DNA of 64,000 nucleotides from Obrimoposthia wandeli (Eukaryota): NCBI GenBank assembly GCA_977020255.1, contig CDROCS010006380.1, positions 124,001 to 188,000 of the forward strand, read 5' to 3'. Shown piece by piece: positions 54,503 to 63,697 of this stretch (position 1 is its first letter; each line of letters starts with the position of its first letter). The notes under the pieces were generated by a model. It saw only the letters and a program-made list of their open reading frames with translations, ran no database searches and was not told where the DNA came from. The position numbers and the translations under genes were made by a program.

Positions 54503-54796
54503 CAGGGGTTCCCAAAGTGGGTTCTGTGACGAAATTTAATTAAAAATAAATTTACAAAAAATTGCATTAACGTTACTCGCCTCTACCTACCAGGACATAG
54601 GCCAACTAATTACTTTATAAATATTTCATTAGTTTCACTTAAATCTTTATCTTTTCATTTTTCAATTTAAAGAAGTTTTATTTTTATTCTTCACTTTGTG
54701 ATTTTAAGTATTTTTAATATGTAGGGGTTTCAATATTTTTTCAATAATTTTTTATACCAAAGTGTTCCGTGGCCAAAAAAAGTTTTGGAACTCCTG
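54503..54796. mobile_element. hAT-type MITE
   Basis: TIRs caggggttcccaaa / tttggaactcctg; 8-bp flanks gtatagag / gcatagaa. Confidence 0.75.
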
Positions 54797-55865
54797 GCAT
54801 AGAAGTAGTATATAGTGTCGGTACTAACTCAAAGGAACAAAGCCCGGACTTGACCAAAATTTAGTCTCGAAATCGTGCATACCAATTCAAGGCAATATGT
54901 CCCCCGGGGGTACCCTTTACTGCAAAACCATTTTTGACGTAGTAAGCGCGATTTCAAGACCTTTTTCATATATCAGGCTATATATTACAGTTTAAAACAA
55001 AAGTAGTAAATTATTTTAAGTGACCAAAGTCTCCCTTGCGAAGCCTCCTAAGAGGGAGCTCTTCATCCGAAGACCGGACAGTACCCTTTGGATAAGAATA
55101 TATATTTAAATTACTTTTGTTTAAAGTAAACCTTGAAAATATAATAATAAATAATGATGCGAAGAAATAATGATGAAATGATTTTAAAACTAAACGGTTT
55201 CGATTATATAAAAACCTAACTTCAATATAAGTAGGAAGATGTGGCACTCAGGTCAAGTTGAGGACAAAAGATCTAGGTCAAGTTGAGGACAAAAATGTTT
55301 AAGGTCAAGTTGAGGTCACGGTGAGGTCATGACCCCTCCATGCTCAGGATAAAATGTCTTTGTCCTGAAAGACACACATCAAGTAGGGGGATGTGAGTCT
55401 TTCAGGACAAAGACATTTTAAGCATACCCCCCCCCCCTTGAGCACAGTTTAAGGTCACGATGAAGACATGACCTCATGAGGTCAACTTAAGGTCACGGTG
55501 AGGACAATATGTAGGTTATGACCTCATGAGGTCAATGTACTTTAAGGTCAAGTTAAGGACAATGTACTTTAAGGTCAAGTTAAGGTCATGACGTCATGAG
55601 GACAATGTACTTTAAGGTTAACTTAAGGTCATGACGTCATGAGGACAATGTACTTTAAGGTCAACTTAAGGTCATGACGTCATAAGGAAAATGTACTTTA
55701 AGGTCACGGTGAGGTCAAAAAGATTATATTTTTAGTAACATACTTTAAATCTATATATATTTTTATCTAAAGGTGGTATTAACACCAATTCACCAAAAGA
55801 CATCTCGTGTGTGTGTGTGTTTTATAATTTATTTAAATTAAATTATCTACTTATAAAATAAAGTA

Positions 55866-56183
55866 TTATATAATTTGATAATAATGTCGGTTTGCTAAAA
55901 AGTTTAGTTTTGTACCAAGATAGGCACTAGGATCCTTTTCAAATGCTTTTGTAAGTTTATCTAATTTTACAAAAATATCAAGCATACCATCCCCTTTTTG
56001 TATACCATCTCCTTTTTGCAATCGTTTCTGATTTTGTATACCTCTCATGTAATCCACATTCTTTTTGTGCTTTATAGCCTTTTTATCAACTCCGCCAAAC
56101 CATCTACCTAAAAGATTTGCTGCCATCATATGAATACCTAAACCCTCCATGATTTTCTTTTTACTCATAGTTTTTTTACTCAT
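55866..56183 (-). CDS. Small basic E3 protein with repeated QKGDG motifs (core-protein-like)
   Basis: LQKGDGIQKGDG; homologue in E2; an upstream ATG near 56238 is separated by one stop. Confidence 0.6.
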   Translation of the reverse strand: MSKKTMSKKKIMEGLGIHMMAANLLGRWFGGVDKKAIKHKKNVDYMRGIQNQKRLQKGDGIQKGDGMLDIFVKLDKLTKAFEKDPSAYLGTKLNFLANRHYYQII

Positions 56184-56314
56184 AGTCTTTTTAACCTATT
56201 TCGACTTTAATGATTTAGTAGGTTTTTTAGTCATTTTCATAATAAATATTAAAGTATCACTATTGTTTATATATATATAAAATAATACAAATAAAGACAC
56301 AAAAATTTATTAGT

Positions 56315-56686
56315 CAACTCTAACAGCATCAATTATTTTCCATATCGGAGTTTCCAATCCACTGGGCCCGATCTTGCATCCTTGAATTCTGATTGAGAGA
56401 ATCCATTCTAGCTTAGGAGGAGGTGCTTCGTATATTGTTCCATTATCATGCTTGAAAGTAGCAGTTGATCCTTTGATTACGAATTTGTTTTCCTGATTCC
56501 GAATTGAGTCAAGAGAATATTGATTCTCTCTTTATCCACATAAGTCAAATTTGATATTTCAAAATCAAATTTAAGCGGCTCGATGTTGACGGGAAAAATA
56601 AAATTATAGTTATGAGCTTTCTTCAAAAAGTGCATCTCATATCCATAATATGTATGCATAGGTTGATATAGCTTTTCGAAATTCAT
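56315..56686 (-). CDS. Unknown conserved E3 protein, frameshifted near 56490
   Basis: MNFEKLYQ... then, in another frame, GSTATFKHDNGTIYEAPPPKLEWILSIRIQGCKIGPSGLETPIWKIIDAVRV; conserved in E2. Confidence 0.55.
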
Positions 56687-57102
56687 ATTGACAATTATAA
56701 ATTGAAATATTCAATTATTTATCCTCTAAAGCTCGATTATAATTGGTCGATATTCTTGTTTATGAAAATCGATTAGTCTCAATTGGTTAACATTCTTGTT
56801 TATGAAAATCGTCTAGTATTAGTCATATCCTTAAAGGGCTCACGTTCTTCGGTTACGCGCGTAGGACTTGTTATTGTTTGACTTGATGTATTAATATTTT
56901 CTCTCTGATTATTTCTATTATAATTCATATTAGAATATAAATTACTGCCGGAACCTAGCTAGCTAGCTCTACTTTCATTATTTTGATTATTTTGATTATC
57001 CATTTTCAATAAAATCATTATCAAAATATTGTTTATACTGCTTAAGACAAAGACATGACTATTCTTGTAAAGAATGTGGTCTAAAAATAGATTTTCACTT
57101 AC

Positions 57103-57110
57103 TATATAAG
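57103..57110 (+). promoter_or_regulatory. TATA box (TATATAAG) upstream of IAP; same motif at 59192-59199 and 60113-60120
   Basis: 25-30 nt upstream of three accessory-gene ATGs; also conserved in the E2 IAP copy. Confidence 0.55.
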
Positions 57111-57138
57111 CTAGACAATTTCATCATTCAATTTTGTT

Positions 57139-58140
57139 ATGACTACTAAATTTATTGCACATTATGTTTCAGAAAACGGAGAACTCACCATTAGACGACA
57201 GCTTTTTGATAAGATTTCAAGAATAAATGAAAATATGATATATGAAGAAAGAAGATTAGAATCGTTACAAGCAAAGTTTACTGGTTTAGCCCATAAGAAA
57301 GCTTTAGCAAAAGCAGGATTTTACAAGCACGATGATTCGAAAGATAATGTAAAGTGTATTTACTGTCAGGGAGGAATATCGGGATGGGAGTACTATCTGA
57401 AACCAATGAAGCGACATCAGCTATTTTCCCCAAGATGCCCGTTTGTTTTGAAAATGAATGTTTCAAACGTACCAATAATTGATTCCAGCACCACCCAAAT
57501 TGATTTTGATTCAACTCCAATGGATAAAGTAGTTATTGTGCGCAATAATTATTCTAATGATATTGAAATATCTACATTATCGATTTTCGATCATGTATAC
57601 ATTTGGAATGATTCTTATCGATGTTGTTTCTGTCAGAAAGCAGTACCCCGACTTGAGTTTATTGATACTATGCCCGAAAGAATCTTTCATACTCGAGATT
57701 GTAAAGCATCTAGTATGGGAATCAAGAACGGATGTATTGTAGAATATCATATTAGTAATGATGAAATTGATGCTCAAATGGAAACTCGTCAAATAGTTTT
57801 GCTGAAACGTGATTACAGTCATGATAGAATCAAAGCCGTTTTAGTTAATAGATTTAAAACATTCGGTAACAAATATGATTCTATATATGAGTTTATAACG
57901 GATTTAAGGTCTTTAGAAATAAAATCTGAACCAAAACATCGGATAAATTATCTCGAGTACCTCTTACCAAATCCCGAATGTGTTGTTTGCATGAGCGATG
58001 CGATTTCCGTGGCATTTTTACCATGCGGTCACTTAAACACGTGTATTAAATGTTCAGATCGTTTTATTACATGTCCATATTGCAAGACAATTATCATTAG
58101 ACGAGTAAGAAATATTAGATTTTATAGCATAGGCAATTAA
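57139..58140 (+). CDS. Inhibitor-of-apoptosis protein (BIR + C3HC4 RING), intact
   Basis: BIR: AKAGFY..CIYC-x16-H-x6-C; C-terminal RING CVVC..LPCGH..C..C..CPYC; 333 aa. Confidence 0.93.
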   Translation: MTTKFIAHYVSENGELTIRRQLFDKISRINENMIYEERRLESLQAKFTGLAHKKALAKAGFYKHDDSKDNVKCIYCQGGISGWEYYLKPMKRHQLFSPRCPFVLKMNVSNVPIIDSSTTQIDFDSTPMDKVVIVRNNYSNDIEISTLSIFDHVYIWNDSYRCCFCQKAVPRLEFIDTMPERIFHTRDCKASSMGIKNGCIVEYHISNDEIDAQMETRQIVLLKRDYSHDRIKAVLVNRFKTFGNKYDSIYEFITDLRSLEIKSEPKHRINYLEYLLPNPECVVCMSDAISVAFLPCGHLNTCIKCSDRFITCPYCKTIIIRRVRNIRFYSIGN

Positions 58141-58203
58141 ACAAATCTAAAAATAGATGTTCAAATAGTATAAATAGAAGAAATCAGTTTATTATAATCA
58201 GAA

Positions 58204-58751
58204 ATGCTACTTCACAATATCAAATTAGTGAATATTAATTACAAGGGAATGGTTGTAAGTAACATTCAACACTTACCATTTCGAACTTCGAAGCCTCATC
58301 AGTATCGACTCAAGTGTGAAGGTTACACTATTATCATTTTCAAATCTGGTAATTTATTTTTACATTTATATATAATTATAATTTAGGGACATGTATAATA
58401 ATGGGTTGCAAAACAATGCTGGATGAAAGCACTCTTCCTTTTGATATAAAAATCGAAAGAATCCAATCAATCAGTCTCAGCAGCAATCTAGAAACATCAA
58501 TAAACCTAAACAAGATGAGCAAGAGTATGGGTTCGGAAGCTGTTTACGAGCCAGAAATCTTCCCGGGACTTCGATACGTCAAATACAATCCCCTATGCGT
58601 GAACATATTTGCGAGCGGAATGATTATGATACTTGGTGTTAAATCTTTAAATTATGAGTATCTGATTGGATGTATTTTGTTTAATATAGATCTTCACACT
58701 TGTGTTATTTATTTCCTAAACCAAATAGTTTTAAAAATAGATTTATCTTAG
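58204..58751 (+). CDS. TATA-binding-protein-fold protein, 2 exons (58204-58348, 58387-58751), 169 aa
   Basis: Splicing the 38-nt GT-AG intron gives IIFKSGTCIIMGCK; second repeat YEPEIFPGLRY..VNIFASGMIMILGVK resembles TBP YEPELFPGLIY..LLIFVSGKVVLTGAK. Confidence 0.88.
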
Positions 58752-59224
58752 AGACAAAGACATCACATGTCATTACTTGCAAATAGTTGCAAATAGTTGT
58801 AATTTGCAAAAGTTGTAATGTGGTCTAAGAATAGATTTATCTTAGAGACAAAGACATCACATGTCATTACTTGCAAATAGTTGTAATGTGGTCTAAAAAT
58901 AGATTTTTCATGGGTTATAAACAATATTTGATTTGCTTTATTATAAAATGGATAAAATTTTTGAATGTAAAGAGGTTCAGGATGCATTAAAAGATCTTGC
59001 TTCAGTTATTCTTAATGCTTTAATTAGGAAAAATAATCATGAGTAATATTTATTTGTAGTTTATTTAACTCTTTAGGTTACGTCATCAACTACATTTACA
59101 TGAGATGTTAAGTACAATGGAAAGATTGAATAATACTCCAATCAAATCATATGATGAAACTGATGCTCCAATGAAATCAAACCTCGTTTAGTATATAAGA
59201 CTAAATTGACTCGGAATTGATAAA

Positions 59225-59992
59225 ATGGAGAAAATAAATTCAGCACCACCGCCAACAACAGTATCGCCAACAACATCATCGCCAACAACATCATCGCCAG
59301 CAACATCATCAGTAACATCATCACCACCAGCAACAACAACAACAGTTATAAGAAGAGAAGAAACTATTGATGAAGTGACGATAGAAGAAGAAATTATTAT
59401 AGATCCAATTATTGAAGATAAGAGACGGATAGATTTTTTAAATGCTTTGGCTTTTATAGAACCCATAATAGCTCATGCTTCGAGTATGAAAATGAACCAC
59501 ATGACCCATCTTTTTGATAGTTTGTTTAGTGCTAGATTTACTCAACTTAATGTAGAAAAGTTAAACAAAATCACGATGAGTGAGATTTTAGTAAATCAAT
59601 TATATATTGGTAATTATCGAGATGGGTTTGATGAAACTAATCTTTTGAACTCCAATTTCACTCATGTAATCAATACATCTATACTGGATAAAATATCTTA
59701 TAAGAAATTAAAATATACTTCTGGCTTTGTAAACTCAAAATTAGGAGAAACAATAATGAAGTATTATAAACAGACTAATAATATAATTAAAGAAACTATC
59801 GAAAATGGTGGTAAGATTTTAGTATGTGGTCATTATGGTAGTTTACATGCTGCTTGCATTGTTATTGCATATTTATCTCATTCGATTGGTGTTACTGCTG
59901 CTTCCAATATTGTTAAAGCTAAACGGACTATTGCTGCTCCTAATGAAGCTATGCTTCATCAAATACGTATTTTTAATCGTTATCATGTGTAA
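59225..59992 (+). CDS. Dual-specificity phosphatase-fold protein lacking catalytic Cys and Arg (pseudophosphatase)
   Basis: EILVNQLYIGN..FTHVIN..GGKILV-CGHYGSLHA-ACIVIAYL..VKAKR..PNEAMLHQI; Ser/Thr/Pro-rich N-terminus. Confidence 0.88.
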   Translation: MEKINSAPPPTTVSPTTSSPTTSSPATSSVTSSPPATTTTVIRREETIDEVTIEEEIIIDPIIEDKRRIDFLNALAFIEPIIAHASSMKMNHMTHLFDSLFSARFTQLNVEKLNKITMSEILVNQLYIGNYRDGFDETNLLNSNFTHVINTSILDKISYKKLKYTSGFVNSKLGETIMKYYKQTNNIIKETIENGGKILVCGHYGSLHAACIVIAYLSHSIGVTAASNIVKAKRTIAAPNEAMLHQIRIFNRYHV

Positions 59993-60150
59993 ATTTTATT
60001 CGTCTTTATCTTTAATCAGTGTTTTTATTAATCAGTGTCTTTATTAGTCAGTGTCTTTATTAGTTAGTGTTTTTATTAGTCTTTATTAACCAATCAGATT
60101 TCAGATGTATAGTATATAAGCAGATTACTTTTTACTTCTTCATCATCATT

Positions 60151-60435
60151 ATGTCTACTCCAAACTATTTCAAGCAAGATGTTGACAAGGCGGTGAAGAG
60201 CTTCATTTGGAAGAATGTCATAGAACCAGATGTCCTGAAACTCATTGATGTCTCAAATCTACCCCTGCAGGAGCACGTAAAAAGAATGGTGCATGACAAG
60301 GCAGTCAATCTTCTCATTCAGGGATACAATCAGAAGAAAGAATGTGCAAAGAAAGAAGAGAAAAGGAGCTTTTTCTACGAGAAGAGTTTTTTATTGTTTG
60401 TTGCTGGATGTTTCGAAATAAAATATTTTAAATAG
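60151..60435 (+). CDS. Small E3 ORF, function unknown
   Basis: ATG 30 nt after TATATAAG; occupies the position of E1 11298-11570. Confidence 0.55.
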   Translation: MSTPNYFKQDVDKAVKSFIWKNVIEPDVLKLIDVSNLPLQEHVKRMVHDKAVNLLIQGYNQKKECAKKEEKRSFFYEKSFLLFVAGCFEIKYFK

Positions 60436-60478
60436 TTTTGTCTTATAAACATTATCCCGATAATCTAATATTTTTAAT

Positions 60479-61127
60479 ATGAACTTAAAAAATAATTCAG
60501 TTTTTCAGATTGTAGGTCCTAGTGGTAGTGGGAAAACACATTTTGTATGTAAATTACTGCAAAATAATAAATACTTTAGTTTTAAGTTTAATAAAATATA
60601 CTGGCATCAGGGAAGAGATGGAGAAGCTGGTTTAACCAGTAAAGAGTTTAAGAAAATCAAAAATATAAAAGTCATTAATGGATTCGATGATAATTGGTCT
60701 GAGCAATTACAACGACATGATGTTATTGTTATTGATGATTTATATCAAGAAGCAAATAAAGAGAGTGATTTCAATAATTTATTCACTAAAATAGCACGAC
60801 ATCGGGAAGTAACTGTTATTTTCATCACACAAAATCTATTTCATCAAGGAGGGAACCATATAACTCGCAATTTAAATGTACATTACCTTGTTCTCTTCAA
60901 GAATCCACGTGATCAGACGGTTGTTGATTTTGTTTCAAGACAAGCTACCCGAATAATAGAAAGTTCCTAATTGATTCATTTCAAGATGCAACTACTATTC
61001 CTCATGGATACATTTTTATTGATTTTACTCAAGATTATCCCGATGACTTTAGAGTTAGAACTGATGTATTCAATCCATCAGGGATTACCGTCTATAAACA
61101 AACAAAGAAACCAGTTTCTCGAAGATG
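60479..61127 (+). CDS. DNA packaging ATPase (E3), one frameshift near 60947
   Basis: GPSGSGKT, VIDD, ARH; the shifted frame continues homology with the E1 ATPase to 61127. Confidence 0.93.
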
Positions 61128-61553
61128 AATTTTAAAAAGGAAACTGTTAAACCTGAAGTTAAAAAATTGATTAAATCAGTTTTAAGTGCAAGGAAAATGG
61201 TTGCTCAAAAATCAAATAAGAAAAGAACTGTTGTTAAGAAATCTAGGAGTATTGCCTATTTCAATTCTCTCATGCGTGCACCTGCTATTCGCCGCCCAAC
61301 TATTCTTAAATCATTCCCTACTTTTGTAATTGATGATTTACTTAATATGATACAGAAAATAGTTTCTGGTAAAATAATTGTCAAGGCTAACCTGAATCGG
61401 CATAAGAAACCTCTACTTGCTTTGTTTCACGCCAAAACACGAATCGGTAAACGTAAGTTGCTTTATAAGCAAAGTGGAGGATTTTTAGGATTTCTCGTAC
61501 CAATTATTAGCTCAATAGTTGGTGCACTTGCTAGTAGACTAATAAACCGATGA
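61125..61553 (+). CDS. Basic core-like protein with KQSGG|FLGFL site and C-terminal amphipathic helix
   Basis: Lys/Arg-rich; adenain-type GG|X site; homologue in E1. Confidence 0.8.
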   Translation: MNFKKETVKPEVKKLIKSVLSARKMVAQKSNKKRTVVKKSRSIAYFNSLMRAPAIRRPTILKSFPTFVIDDLLNMIQKIVSGKIIVKANLNRHKKPLLALFHAKTRIGKRKLLYKQSGGFLGFLVPIISSIVGALASRLINR

Positions 61554-61650
61554 TTATAAACATAAATTCGAATCAATAATATGAATTTATATATGGGATC
61601 ACTTCCATCTATTCCTAAATTCAATTTAAAAATCAAATCGTCTTGCTGCA

Positions 61651-62680
61651 ATGGAGAAAATATGGTTCGATCCAAGTCACCCCGTTGGTTACACAGGGGT
61701 TTCAAAATTAGCAAAAGAGTCAAAGAAGACAAAACAGGAAACTCAGGCGCGGTTGAGAAATCAATTAGCTTACAGCTTAAACAAACCAATGAGACGTCGG
61801 TTCCCAACGAGATCATACAAAACGAGCGGCCCGAATGATTTATGGCAAGCAGATTTGATGGAAATGATTCCGTATGCGAGTATTAACGACGGACATCGAT
61901 ATATTTTAACTTGTGTCGATGTCTTTAGCAGATTCGCGCGAGCTATTCCATTAAAGTCTAAGTCTGGTACCGATGTTTTAGCCGCAATGAAGCTATTGAT
62001 TAAAGAAATAAAACCAAGAAATTTCCAAACGGATAGTGGAAAGGAGTTTTATAATAAACATGTTGGAACCCTATTGAAAAAACATAATATTAATCATTAC
62101 TCAGTATTTTCCCAATATAAAGCTGCCCTAGTTGAACGTTTTAATCGAACATTGAGAGATCGATTGAAAATGTATTTCACAAAGCAGGGAAATAAGTCCT
62201 GGGTCACTGTTTTACCTCAAATAATACATGCATACAATCATAGTGAACACTCATCATTAGACCGGAAAAGACCTGTTGATGTTACAGATGAGAATGCTAT
62301 GGAAATTTGGCAACGCCGTAACCAAAGTCAAGTTGCACGGAAACCCAAGTATAAAGTTGGTGATTATGTACGCATTTCTCAAATTAGTACTATTCCTTTT
62401 ATAAAGAATTTCAAAGAAGAATTGGAGCGATGAAGTATTTCGTATAACTAAAATTGATAATAAACGTGTGCCGGTAATGTATTTCATTGAGGATGAAACC
62501 AATAATGTAATCACGGGTAAATTTTATCATGAGGAATTACAAGTTTTGCCTAAGAAACCAAATGTATATAGAATCCAAGAAATTTTAGAGACAAAAGGTA
62601 GAGGAAAGCATAAACAATATCATGTTAAGTGGCATGGATATACTGAACCTAGTTGGATATTAGCTTCTCAAATAGAATGA
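61651..62680 (+). CDS. rve integrase with C-terminal chromodomain (E3), one frameshift near 62420
   Basis: WQADL, CVDVFSRF, QTDSGKEF, VERFNRTL (D,D,E) and YHVKWHGY..SWI. Confidence 0.95.
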
Positions 62681-63697
62681 ACTCAATGTATGTTGTATTA
62701 CCAAGTAATGGTTCGCCATTAACTCAACCGAATAATACTGCTAATAGTTTTAGTATTGATTATCAAAGCTCAATCAATTTACGGGGTGCTTGGGAAGCTG
62801 CTCTTACGGAATTTTCTTTAAATTACTCTCCTCTATCTATTCAAAGTGAAACTGAGATTGAATATATTACTCAACAAGATGCTGATAAAGTAACTGATGT
62901 GACTTTACTATTTGATAAGGGTCATATGGATTTGGCTCGTATTAAGTCAGGCGATGATTTCACAATCTATTTAAATAAAGAGAATCGAATTCAAATTATG
63001 GGAAAAGGGGATAATTTTGAAATAGTTTTTAATGATGAAATTGTTGCAGAACAATATGGATTTCCGTCTAACGTTGAAAAAGGAAAGCATGCAGTTTCAC
63101 AAATTATGGATAATCATGTCAAGTATCCGATAATTACATTCAAGATAAAAAACAGATTCGTTAAACGCGAGAGGAAAATATATTCAGTTCCCAATGATTT
63201 TCTTTTTGCCGTTAGCAAAAGCATGTGTAAACATTTTAAAACAGTGTTACCAAATGTATTTGAAAACTTTAAACTAGTTAATAAATTGATTCATTTCAAA
63301 TTGAAATCCAATATTGATAAAGTTGTCATGGATAAATCATTAGTCTCAATTATCGGTTTTGATGAAAATGAATTTGAAAATAAAAATGAGGTTTTCAAAG
63401 CAAAGATTATTCCTAAAATGACTAATGCATATAATCAGATTTATATCTACACGAGTATTACTGAACCAATATTCGTAGGAGGAAGGAAACTTCCCTTAAT
63501 TAAAGCAATTTGGGTTCAACAGGAAAAGCACAAGTATGGTGATGTTATACATATTCCAATTGAAAATCCAATGTATATTCCCGTGAGTTCTTATTCTATA
63601 AACAATATTGAAGTTAATATACGTAATGATTCTGGAAGATTAATTACATTAGCTGACGGAGCTAAACAAGTTTAACGGTTCATTTTCGTAAATTATG
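62677..63697 (+). CDS. Minor capsid (penton-like) protein (E3); 1-nt deletion near 63666 truncates the last residues
   Basis: MYVVLPSNGS..NTANSF..WEAALTEF..IYIYTSITEP..NPMYIPV..IEVNIRNDSG. Confidence 0.88.

Noticed and set aside
58204-58751. Host TBP or TRF gene
   Set aside because: Too short and divergent, lacks the canonical first-repeat NPKRF region, and is embedded in Maverick gene order in two elements.
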